A DNA stretch of 64,000 nucleotides. It comes from the human T2T-CHM13v2.0 reference genome, Homo sapiens. Every line of letters begins with the position of its first letter. Positions within the stretch are counted from its first letter, which is position 1. Location: NCBI RefSeq assembly GCF_009914755.1, contig NC_060928.1. One strand, written 5' to 3'. Shown here piece by piece: positions 17,279 through 33,776 of this stretch. A program made the translations under genes and the position numbers. The notes under the pieces are model-generated. The model was not told where the DNA came from. It did no database searches and worked only from the letters and a program-made list of their open reading frames with translations.

Positions 17279-20200
17279 TTTTATTCTATAGTGTTGTGAG
17301 CATTTAATGAAGTAATATGAGAAGTATTTTTCAGTGTTTAGCATAGAGTAAATACTTAAGTCACACCTACCTATATTATTATTATATATTATTATTCCTC
17401 TCTAATAAATTAGAATACTGAAAATATAAAATCCAAGGGAAGCTCCGACTTAGAAGGAGAGAGCAGCATGTGGAGACTCACACTGTGAACTTTTGCTCCC
17501 AGAACTACCACAGGGACATAGCAGGAAAGCCAAGAGAAGCCACAGACCCTTTGAAGGAAGTGGATTGCTGCTGTAGGCTCCAGGAGACAGCTGAAAAATT
17601 CTGAGAGCCCAAAGTGTGAAAGTGTGAAAGGCGAACCGTCCAGCCCCGAACACACACCCTCACTGGGAAACCTGAAGGTCCAGATGACAGGAGAAGGTTT
17701 GACCTTACCTGGAGCTGAGACAAATTTAGAGAGCCAAGCGAAATATCAGAGTAGAGGAAGCAGCAGGAAGAGCTCTGTGGGCACTCTTGGTCCACAGGGA
17801 AGCCATTTCTGACTTTGTCTCATAGGGGTCCTTGGGCAGGACTGCCAAAGGAACTGGGAAAAAAAACCACAGGGAGAAGGAACCTTCTAGCTGAACTTCA
17901 CAACAATTTCCACCGAACGCAGAGTTTCCTGGACAGAATCTGAGGAAGGGGGCATTGGAATCAGGAGTGCAGACACAGCACAGAAGCCATGGCAGGTGGG
18001 GAGGTGCAAACCATGAAAGCCCTGCTTGCTTTCTCAGCCGGGAGGCTGGCAGCCTGGGGCAAATTCTCAGCCCTGTTTAGCAGCTGCCTGGAAATAAACT
18101 CAGAGCTGTTGCGGGTGGTGCGGTGGGGGGCGGGGGGGGGGGGGGGCACAGTGGGAGTGAGACTGGCCTTTTGGGCTGCGTGGGAGGTGAGTGAGGCCTG
18201 TAACTGCTGGCTTTTCCCCACTCCCTTGGGGACCTGAATGAGGCAGCAGAGGCAGCCATAATTCCCCTAGGAACATAACTCCATTGGCCTGAGAACCATG
18301 CCCCTATCCCCGACAGCAGCCACAGCAAGTCCCGCCCAAGAAGAGTCTGAGCCTAACCCTGCCCCCACCTGATGGTCTTTCTCCACCAGCCCTGGTAGCT
18401 GAAGACAATGGACATAATTTCTTGGGAGCTCTATGGCGCTGCCCACCGCCTAATCCTCCCTATACTGCCACAGCTAATGCTCTCTTGAAACTGCCACCTC
18501 CTGGCTGGAAGCCAACCAAATAAAACTAGCCCAATAAACAAAACTACAACTAAGGACTCTCACAGAGCTCACTTCACTCTCCTGCTACTTTCACTTAAGT
18601 GGGGGCTCGTATCCATGTCTGAGAGACCTAAAAACAGTTCACATCACAGGACTCTGTGCAGACACTCCCAGTACTAGCCTGGAGCTTGGTAGCTCCACTG
18701 GGTGGCTAGATCCAGAAAAGGAGTAACAATCACAGCAGTTCAGCTCTCAGAAAGCCACATCCTTAGGGGAAGGGGGAGAGCACCACATCAAGGGAACACC
18801 CCATGGGAAAAAAGCATATAAACAGCTGACCTTGAGCTCCAGATCTTCCCTCTGACATAGTCTACCCAAATGAGAAGGAAACAGAAAAACAATTCTGGTA
18901 ATATAACAACACGAGGTTCTTTAACACCCCCAAGAGATCATGCTAGCTCACCAGGAATTGATCCAAAACAAGAAGAAATCTCTGAATTGCCAGAAAAAGA
19001 ATTCAGAAGGTTGATTAATAAGCTAATCAAGGAGGCACTAGAGAAAGGTGAAGTCTAACTTAATGAAACAAAAAAAATGATATAACATATGAAGGGAAAA
19101 ATCTTCAGTGAAATAGATAGCATAAATAAAAAACAATCACAACTTCTGGAAATGAAGGACACACTTACAGAAATGTAAAATATACTGGAACGTGTCAGCG
19201 ATAGAATCAAACAGGTAGAAGAAGGAATTTCAGAGGTCAAAGTAAAGGCTTTCAAATTAACTCAATCCAACAGAGACAAAGAAAAAAGAATTTAAAAAAA
19301 ATGAAAAAAGACTTCAATAATTTTGGGATTATGTTAAATGACCAAACCTAACCATAATTGTTGTTCCCGAGGAAGATGATGAATCTAAAACTTGGGAAAA
19401 CATATTTGAGGGAATAACCGAGGAAAACTTCCCTGGCCTTGCTAGAGATCTAGATATCCAAATACAAGAATCTCAAAGAACATCTGGGAAATTTATCATG
19501 AAAAGATCATCACCTAGGCACATAATCATAAGGTAATCTAAAGTCAGGATGAAGGAAAGAAAATTAAGAGCTGTGAGGCAAAAGCATTAGTTAACCTCTA
19601 AAGGAAAACCTATCAGATTAACTGCAGATTTCTCAGCAGAATCCCTACAAGCTAGAAGGGATTGGGGCTTATCTTTAGACTGCTTAAACAAAGTAATTAT
19701 CAGCCAAGAATTTTGTATCCAGTGAAACTAAGCTTCATAAAGGAAGGAAAGTTACGGACTTTTTCAGACAATGCTGTATTGTCTTTTTCAGACAATACAA
19801 TCTTTTTCAGACAATGCTGAGATAATTCACCACTACCAAGCCAGCACTACAAGAAAGGCTAAAAGGAGCTCTAAATTTTGAAAATATACCAACATAGAAC
19901 CTCCTTAAAGCATAAATCTCATACCACCTACAAAACAAAAACACAATGGAAAAAAAAAAAACAAGGTCTTCAGGCAACAAACAGCATGATGAATAGAACA
20001 GTACCTCACATCTCAATACTAATGTTGAATGTAAATGGCATAAATGCTCAACTTAAAATACACACAATGGCAGAATGGATAAGAATTCACCAACCAACTA
20101 TCTGCTATCTTCAAGAGACTCACCTAACACATAAAGACTCACATAAACTTAATGTAAAGGGTTGGAAAAAGATATTTAATGCAAATGGACAACAAAACAA

Positions 20201-23200
20201 GCAGGAGTAGCTATTCTTATATCAGACAAAACAAACTTTAAAGCAATAGCAGTTAAAAAAGACAGAGGGACATTATATAATGATTAAAGGACTTGTTCAA
20301 CAGGAAAATATCACAATCCTAAATATAAATGTATCTACCACTGGAGCTCCCAAATTTATAAAATAATTACTACTACACCTAAGAAATAAGATAGACAGCA
20401 ATACAATAATAGTCAGAGACTTCAATATTCCACTGACAGGACTAGACAGGTCATCAAGACAGAAAGTTAACAAAGAAACACTGGATTTAAACTATACCTT
20501 AAAACAAATAGACTTAAAAGATATTTACAGAACATTCTACTAAACAACTAGAGAATATACATTCTATTCATCAACACATGGAACATTCTCCAAGATAGAC
20601 CACACGATAAGCCACAAAACAAGTATCAGTAAATTTAAGAAGATTGAAATATATCAAGTATGCTCTCAAGCCACAGTGGAATAAAATTGGAAATCAACTC
20701 CAAAAGAACCTTCAAAACCATGCAAATACATGGAAATTTAACAATCTGCTCCTGAATGATCATTGGGCCAACAATGAAATCAAGATGGAAATTAAAAAAT
20801 TCATTGAACTCAATGATAATAGTGACACAACCTATCAAAACCTCTGTAATACAGCAAAGGTGGTGCTAAGGGGAAAGTTCATAGCCTTAAATGCCTACAT
20901 CAAAAAGTCTGAAAGAGAACAAAGAGACAATCTAAGGTCACACCTCAATGAACTGGAGAAACAAGAACAAACTAAACTCAAACCCAGCAGAAGAAAAGAA
21001 ATAATGAAGATCAGAGCAGAACTAAATGAAATAGAAACAAACAAAAATACAAAAGATAAATGAAACAAAAACCTGGTTCTTTCAAAACATAAATAAAATT
21101 GATAGACCATTAGTGAGACTAACCACAAAAAGAGAGAAGATCCAAATAAGTTCAATTATAAATGAAACGAGAGGTATTACAATTGATACCACAGAAATAC
21201 AAAAGATCATTGAAGGCTACGATAAACACGTTTACACACATAAACTAGAAAACCAAGAGGAGATGGATAAATTTCTGGAAACAGACAACCCTCCTAGATT
21301 ATACTAGGAAGAACTAGAAACTCTGCACAGATGAATAACAAGCAGCAAGATTGAAATGCTAATTAAAAATTGCCAAAAAAAAAGTCCAGGAAAAGATGGA
21401 TTTACAGCTGAATTCTGTCAGACATTCAAAGAAGAATTGGTACCAATCCTATTGACACTATTCCACAAGATAGAGAAGGAAGGAATCCTCCCAATATCAT
21501 TTTATGAAGCCAGTATCACCCTAATACCAAAACCAGGAAAGGACATAACAAAAAAAAAGAAAACAACAGACCAATATCCCTGATGAACACAGATGCAAAA
21601 ATCCTTAAGCTAACCAAATCCAACAGCATATCAAAAAGATAACCCACTATGATCAAGTGGGTTTCACACCAGGGATGCAGAGATGGCTTAACATATGCAT
21701 GTCAATAAATGTGATACACCACATAAACAGAATTAAAACCAGAAATCACATGATCAGCTCAATAGAGGCACAAAAAGTATTTGACAAAATCCATCATCGC
21801 TTTATTATTAAAACCCTCAGCAAAACTGGCATAGAAGAGGCATACCTTAACGTAATAAAACCATCTAGGACAAACCCACAGCCAACATTATACTGAATGA
21901 GGAAAAGTTGAAAGCATTCTCCCTAAGAACTGAAACAAGACAAGGATCCCACTCTCTTCACTTCTATTCAACATAGTACTGGAAGTCCTAGCCAGAGCAA
22001 TTAGACAAGAGAAAGAAAGAAAGCGGAACCAAACTGCTGAAGAGGAATCAAACTGTCGCTGTTTGCTGATGATCTGATTGTATATCTAAGAACCCTAAAG
22101 AGTCCTCCAAAAAGCTCCTAGAACTGATAAATGAATTCAGCAAAGTTTCAGGAAACAAAATTAACGCACACAAATCAGTAGCTGTGCTATACACCAACAG
22201 CAACCAAACTGAGAATAAAAGCAAGAACTCAACCCCTTTTAGAATAGCTGTAAAAAAATAAAATCAAATACTTAGGAATATATCTAACCAAGGAGGTGAA
22301 AGACCTCTACAAGGAAAACTACAAAACACTGCTGAAAGAAATCATAGATGGCACAAACAAATGGAAACACATCCTCTTCTCTTGGATAGGTAGAATCAAT
22401 ATTGTGAAAATGACCATACTGCCAAAAGCAATCTACAAATTCAATGTAATTCCCATCAAAATACCACCAATTGTTCTTAACAGAACCAGAAAAAAAAATC
22501 TGAAAATTCATATGGAACCAAAGGAACCAAAAAAGAGCCTGAATGGCCAATCCAAAACTAAGCAAAAAGAACAAATCTAGAGGCATCACATTACCCAACC
22601 TCAAACTATACTATAAGGCCATAGTCACCAAAACAGCATAGTAGTGGTATAAAAATAGGCACATAGACCAATGAAACAGGATAGAGAACCCAGAAATAAT
22701 GCCAAATACAGCCAATGGATCTTCAATGAAGCAAACTAAAAGATAAAGTGGAGAAAGGACACCCTACTCAACAAATAGTGCTGGGATAATTGGCAAGCCA
22801 CATGTAGAAGAATGAAACCAGATCCTCATCTCTCACCTTTTACAAAAATCAATTCAAGATGGATCAAAAACTTAAATCTAAGACCTGAGCCCACAAAAAT
22901 TCTAGAAGGTGACACTGGAAAACCCCTTCTAGACATTGGCTTAGGCAAAGACTTCATGTCCAAGAACCCAAAAGCATATACAACAATAACAAAGATAAAT
23001 AGATGGGACCTAATTATACTAAAAAGCTTCTGCACAGCAAAAGAAACAATCAGCAGAGTAAGCAGACAACCCACAGAGTGGGAGAAAATCTTTGTAATCT
23101 ATACATCTGACAAAGGACTAATATCCAGAATATACAAGGATCCAAACAAATTAGCAAAAAAAAAAAAAAATCACACAATCCCATCAAAAAGTGGGCTAAA

Positions 23201-23626
23201 GGCATGAATAGACAATTCTCAAAAGAAGATATACAAATGGCCAATAAACATATGAAAAAATGCTCAACATCACTAATGACCAGGGAAATGCAAATCAAAA
23301 CCACAACGTGATACCACCTTACTCCTGCAAGAATGGCCATAAGCAAAAAATAAAAAAAAAAAAATAGACGTTGGCATGGATGTGGTGAAAATGGAACACT
23401 TTTACACTGCTGGTGGGAATGAACACTAGTACAACTACTATGGAAAACAGTGTGGAGATTCCTTAAAGCACTAAAAGTAGATCTACCATTTGATCCAGCA
23501 ATCCCACTACTGGGTATCTACCCAGAGGAAGATAAATCATTAAACAAAAGTAATACTTCCACACGCATGTTTATAGCAGCACAATTTGCAATTGCAAAAA
23601 TATGGAGCCAGCCCAAATGCCTATCA

Positions 23627-24264
<638 letters not shown>

Positions 24265-24811
24265 AAGAAAGAAATTATGATATATATATTACCCATGGAA
24301 TACTACTCAGCCATAAAAAGGAACAAAATAATGGCATTCGCAACAACCTGGATGGAATTAGAGACCATTATTCTAAATTGAAGTAACTCAGGAATGGAAA
24401 ACCAAACATCGTATGTTCTCATTCATAAGTGGGAGCTAAGCTCTGAGGATGCAAAGGCATAAGAATGATACAACGGACTTTCGGGACTTGGGGAAAGAGT
24501 GGGAGGGGGCGAGACTACACATTGGGTACAGTGTACACTGTTCATGTAATAGGTGCACCAAAATCTCAGAAATCACCACTAAAGAACTTGTTCATGTAAC
24601 CAAACACCACCTGTTCCCCCAAAAACCTATTGAAATAATAAATAAATAAAGAAATAAATTTTTGAAAAATCCAATTGAAGACAAACTGCAAACAGAAAAA
24701 TTTTAGAATACTGAGATAACTAAATATTCCATAATGAGCTCAAGGATACATTACTATTAAGTGACAGTTGCTTTTGTAAGGCTTTGAAGCCAAAGAGCTT
24801 TCATTCTCTAG

Positions 24812-25181
<370 letters not shown>

Positions 25182-25992
25182 CATATGTGCCTTTCTTGTT
25201 ATTTTTCTAAAACCTCTCTGAGACAAGAAAATAAATTTCCCTTTATTCTTTAAATTTGTTTTATGTTTGTTTGCTCTTGATTTTGTTTAGTAAATTTTGT
25301 CAGACAGCAAGGCAATCTTTATGCAAGATTTAAAAATCAAACCACTCTACAATTTGGCTGCAGCCTATTTTTCAGAATTTATCTTCTAATACTTCCCTTC
25401 ATCAACCTTCTACCCATTATAGACTGGTCTATCAACTCTGCTCAAAGCATATGATGCTCATTTTCTCCTTATACTCTTTGCTTATGTCATTCTAACTGAA
25501 ATCTTTCCTCTGGCCAGTTTCCAGTTCTTCTTTTTAAATTTTCTACTTAAATTCTGTCTCCTCCATGAAGCCAGCTCTAATCAATTTAACAGCACATATG
25601 GTTTATTCTGCTTATTTGAAACATAATTTCATATAATTTTTATAAGATAGCTTTGTACTGCCAGGCTTAAAGCCCAGAAACTGTATTTCCCAGAATCTTC
25701 TGCCAGTGGGATTCTGGTAAATGTCTTCCAGTGAGAGGATTTCTCTTGAGATTTGAAAGGCAGAGGAAAAGACAATGCTACTTTGGGTATTATAGCTGGC
25801 ACATGGACCTGACTGAAAGCAAACAGATCAAAAGTCAATTTTTACATTTTTGAGTGAACTTACTGTCAACTTCCTTCAAGCCACAACAAACCAACTAAGC
25901 AACTACCACTACTATCATTAAAAGTAAATAAATAAATAAATCATCCCAGACTAAACAAGCCTTTGTCGTTCAAGGCTTAAAACAATCCTTGA

Positions 25993-26306
25993 GGCCAGGC
26001 ACGGTGGCTCACGCCTGTAATCCCAGAATTTTGGGAGGCCGAGGCGGGCGGATCAACGGGTCAGGAGATCAAGACCATCCTGGCTATCACAGTGAAACCC
26101 CGTCTCTACTAAAAATACTAAAAAAAAAAAAAAAATTAGCCGGGTGTGTTGGCGGGTACCTGCAGTCCCAGCTACTCAGGAGGCTGAGGCAGGAGAATGC
26201 TGTGAACCCGGGAGGCGGAGCTTGCAGTGAGCCGAGATTGTGCCACTGCGCTCCAGCCTGGGCGACAGAGCGAGACTCCGTCTCCAAAAAAAAAAAAAAA
26301 AAAAAA
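25993..26306 (+). mobile_element. AluY-like with expanded A-rich linker
   Basis: GAGATCAAGACCATCCTGGCTA and GGCGGAGCTTGCAGTGAGCCGAGAT diagnostics, plus a poly(A) tail. Confidence 0.93.
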
Positions 26307-26520
26307 TTCCTCGAGTCACCAGACTTTCATGAACAGTAGGAAAGCTGCATAGTTGAAGGAACACACTCCCTATACCCACTCCCAGGGGAATAATGACAAG
26401 GAGGGGAATCGCAGGGGTGAAGGCAGCAGCCAGAAAGAAAACAGGCAATGGAATTCCTCACAGAAAACAGAATTTAGGTCTAATCAGGGAGCCTCCACTA
26501 CTTTCTGTGCGTGTGTGTGT

Positions 26521-26632
26521 TTGTGTACTGAAGTGTGAATGGCATTGTTGAATGTGGTTATACTGTCCCATTTGTATACTGCTGAAGTGTGAGTGGGATT
26601 GTTGAGTGTGGTTATGCTGTCTGATTTGTATA
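26521..26632. repeat. Diverged 54-bp tandem duplication (2 copies)
   Basis: CTGAAGTGTGA..GG.ATTGTTGA.TGTGGTTAT.CTGTC..ATTTGTATA starts at both 26528 and 26582. Confidence 0.85.
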
Positions 26633-26899
26633 TGGCAATATGTGTGTGGAGGGAGGGACAGGCAATTCGTCTTTTTATTTCATAGATCCTCAGACCAAGA
26701 AGAGCCATGTCTAGACCAGATGGAGTACTCATGTATTATCAGGAAATTCTGGTCTTGTAAGCTGGTTGTAATGACTGCTTGGTTCTTTGGATTTTCATCT
26801 TTGTAGAGGGAGTAAATGTGTTTCTTGCATGATAAAAGAAATGGAAAAATATAGGTGGCAAACAGGAGGGTGAGTTGTGGCAATAATACTATGTATTCA

Positions 26900-27280
26900 T
26901 CAACTCCTATTTCATTCCCTCTTCCTGTGCTCACTGGAAGATGACATTTCCCAGACTTCCAAGAATGTTACTGAGTTCTGGAATGTAAGTAGAAGGGATA
27001 AGTATCACTTCTGTGCTGTGGCGGTTATGGACCTGTGAACTTTGCACACGCCTTCTATCTTCTTTTTCAGTGTCCATTTCAGAGGGCATGTTTTCAGATG
27101 AAACCAGTAGAAGATGGAAGCAGCCTGTGACTAGAATCACTGCTTAGGGTCTTCCTGCCTAGGAATCCCACTCTACCTGCAACAGACTGTGAAAGAACCG
27201 AGAAATACACTGATTTTGAACATAGCCCATACTATAATGGGGATGTTTGTTACAGCAGTTAGCATTAAAAACCTTGGCTA
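26900..27280 (+). mobile_element. MLT1 (I/J-like) MaLR LTR
   Basis: CATTTCCCAGACT, GAAGATGGAAGCAGCCTG, GAGAAATA, GTTTGTTACAGCAGTTAGCATTA motifs. Confidence 0.6.
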
Positions 27281-28489
27281 GGCATTGGTCATAATTGTAG
27301 AACACAGCAAATGAAGGGAAACTGGAACATAGAGGCCAGTGAGAACTTTAGGGTTAATGAAAAATGAGGGCAACCAGGATAATTTGGTTCTTTGCCAAAT
27401 AGGAAGGTGAAACCAAAGGTAGACTGGAGGTCAGAAAATCAGTCCAGCACATGTGATGTTTTCATTTAGTTGCCTGTATGTCTGTCTGGTCTCCAGCTCA
27501 GCCTGGCTCCTTGAGGTAAGAGGCAGTGGCTGTTCACCTTTGCATCCCAGCACCTGGCATACAATAGATGGGATGAAATGTTCAAACTGAGCCTAAGCTT
27601 CAGGGTGCTTATCAAAGCAGGGAAGATACACAAGAGGAGATGATTCAGGTCCAGGGCAGGTCAGGTATCTAAACCCAGTCTCTTAGGAAGCTGGATCCTC
27701 CGAACCAGGGAGAACAAGCTGGATATGCACTGGATTTCCCAGCAGTACTGATCTAGAGACTCTCATAGAGTCCCTTTTATTCCTTGGCCTAGGGTTACAA
27801 CTGCTTATAGCATCTGGAAAGACTCAACACCTCAAAAGAGACTTTCAGTAGATACAGCAAATACACTCATGGAATTGATAATTAAGCTTCAATATCACAA
27901 CACATAAGTACCATATTTAAAATATATGTCTATGGAGGAAAAGCTGACAGAAAAAAACAAAGATCTCTATATGGACAATAGATGCAGAAAAGAAAGGAAA
28001 TAACAATCAGAGATCAATGAAATAGGAAACAAACATACAGTAGAGAATCAACAAAAATAAAAGCTGGTTCTCTGAAAGTATAATTAAAATAGACAAATTT
28101 CTAGCATGCCCAATCAGGAGCAAAAAAGAGAAGGTCTCAAAAGAGAATACTACAAATGAAAAGAAGTTTGTAACTACAGCTAGAATATTTTAAAAATAAG
28201 AGTTAACATTAAAATATGCTGATAAATTTAATTGCTTAAAATAGACAATTTCCTAGAACACTTATCAAAACAAATTCAGAACAGAAACGTGAATAGACCT
28301 ATATCCATAAAAGAAATTGATTATTAAAAGCCATTTACCAAAAACAAATAAAAAACAAAAACATCAAAAACAAATAAGCCAATAAACACTACCAGACCCA
28401 GAAAGTTTTATCAGTACGTTCTACCAAATATTAAAGCAACTGATAGTCCCAATCTTAAATTGTTTCAGAGATTAGAAAAAAGGGACTTG

Positions 28490-28800
28490 GGCCAGGCACG
28501 GCAGCTCATGCCTGTAATCTCAGCACATTGAGAGGCTGAGGCAGGTGGATCGCTTGAGCTTAGGAGTTTTGAGACCAGCCTGGACAACATGGCAAAACCA
28601 CGTCTCTACAAAAAATACAAAAATTAACCAGGTGTGGTGGCACATGCCTATAGTTCCAGCTACTCAGGAGGCTGAATTGGGAGGCACGAACATGGGAGAT
28701 TGAGGCTGCAGTGAGCTGTGATCATGCCACTGCCCTCCAGCCTGGGTGAGACAGAGAGAACCTGCCTCAAGAAAAAGGAAAAAGAGTAAGAAAAAAAGAA
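28490..28800 (+). mobile_element. AluJ
   Basis: GGATCGCTTGAG..TAGGAGTT and GAGGCTGCAGTGAGCTGTGATCATGCC (J diagnostics). Confidence 0.9.
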
Positions 28801-29244
28801 GAGGGACTCTCTCCAATTCACTTTATTAGGCTGTACAACATTTATACTAAAAGCATGTAGAACAAAACACACTTAGAAACATGGATACAACCATACTAAA
28901 CAAAAAATCAGCTACTCAAAACCCATAAGATATTTAAAAATATGTATCCAGGCCAGGTTGAGAACTGGTTTATTCCAGTGATACAATCTTGGTTGAAGGT
29001 TAGAAGAATCTATCAATAAAACTCCTCACAATAAAAGAGTAAAAGAGAAAAGCCATACAATTATCTTAAGAGATGCAGAAGAAAACATTGCTAAAATTTA
29101 ACTCATTTAAGACAAAAACTCTTAGCAAACTACAGATATGAGAGAGCCTCCTTAAGGTCATAAAGCATAACTACCAAACACAGCAAATGTCATAAACCCA
29201 GTAATAAGCAGATATATAAAGGAAAACAGATATAAAAACATACT

Positions 29245-29824
<580 letters not shown>

Positions 29825-30494
29825 CTGTCTTCTAAAAGAAAGAAACAACAACAACAAAAATACTGACGCCAACTACTTTCATACAAAATAAAAGTAGCAG
29901 TTGAATAATTTATTTGTTCACTTTCAAGTCTTTATTAAGGGTCCACTATGTGTCTGGCATTCTAAAATAATTATTTTTTTAAGTGCCAAGATCATACTTA
30001 AAAGTCAGATGTAGAAATTTTCCCTTAAAATCTGGGAGTAAGTCAAGGAGGCATGCTATCACCGCTTTTACCTAACCTTGTACTGAAAGCACTACCAACA
30101 CAGTAGGACAAAACCAAAAGAAAGAAAAAAAGAAAACAAGTCAAATGATAAAAGGCTTGAAAAAGAATAAACAATGCTCATTATTTTTTGCTGATATTAC
30201 ATTATTTTTAGTTGATACAATATTGATTTATTTGATCATATTAAAAAAATCTTTTATACATTAAAAGGTACTATATTCAATATGAAAAGAAAACCAAAAA
30301 ACTGAGAAAAGGTACTTTGAATACATACAACTGATAACAGCTAACAAACAAACTCTTACAAATCATTAAAAAAGTGATAATCCAATAGTAAAACTATCAG
30401 TGATAGAAGAAAGCAGCACACAAATTAATCATCACAGATATGATCAAAGCTTAATAAACATATGACAACATAAACATATGAAAAACTGCCCATT

Positions 30495-31325
<831 letters not shown>

Positions 31326-31865
31326 AGAAATTAGTGCAATCCAAATTAAGGCAATAGCAAGATGCATCTTATAACCATTAGGTTGAGAAAAAGCAGTAAC
31401 AACAAAAACTCCTATTACCAAGGACTGGTGAGGATGTGAAAAATGGAAGCAGTCATATACAGATGTTAGCATGTAAATTGATGCAACATCCTAAGAGCAT
31501 TTGAAATGTCCTGACAAGTTAAAGATGCACATGCTTACGATCTAATATTTCCATGTGCATAGAATGAGTCACATGAAAATTATTCACTTAAAAATGTTTG
31601 TAATAGCAAACTATTGGAAGTGACTTAAATATTGGAGACAATCTAAGTATTGGGGAAAAATTAGAATAACAACCATATTCTTACTGAAAGTTAATATTGA
31701 CAGCATATTGAACAGAAAAAAAATGAAGCCACAGAAGGCAACACACTATGTACTATTTTTATATAATGTTTTAAAACATGCAAAGACTATAGCATATATT
31801 ATGTATAAGTATATATATAGATATGCAGTGTTCCTATAATAACATGCATGGAAATGATAAGTATT

Positions 31866-32180
<315 letters not shown>

Positions 32181-32691
32181 TAGTGTTAATTTGAGAGAGG
32201 AAAGATGGTACATTAGGATACATCAGTCATATCCTTTAATTCTAAAGCTACTTATATCCTTTAATTCTACCATAGGTAATAAAATCTAAGAAAATAATAC
32301 TATTCCATATTCAAAAGTTATTCTTTATTAACACTTATATAGTTGTGCTTTTTATACTAATGATAAATTAGAAAGTCTCAAATATTCAAAATGGCTAAAT
32401 ATGATATGACAACACATGAAATACTATGATTATTAGATGAGATAATATACATTAGTTAGTACAATGCTTGGCACTTGACTGATGTTAGTTATCATCATCA
32501 CCACTATTATTTCTATTACTACTAATACTATTACTTTTACTAAAACAATAAGCATATAAACTAGGTTGATGCATGGAAACCCATAACATAAATAATGTTA
32601 ACTGGAAAAAGCAGAATACTAATTATAATATATATGTTAATGAAAGAAACATAAAATGTATGCATGCCCATCAACACTGATTTTAAAATAA

Positions 32692-33776
<1,085 letters not shown>

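Noticed and set aside
27590-27880. GC-richer non-repeat-looking block with a ~54-codon open stretch as a processed pseudogene fragment
   Set aside because: No recognisable protein similarity, start codon, poly(A) tail or TSD.
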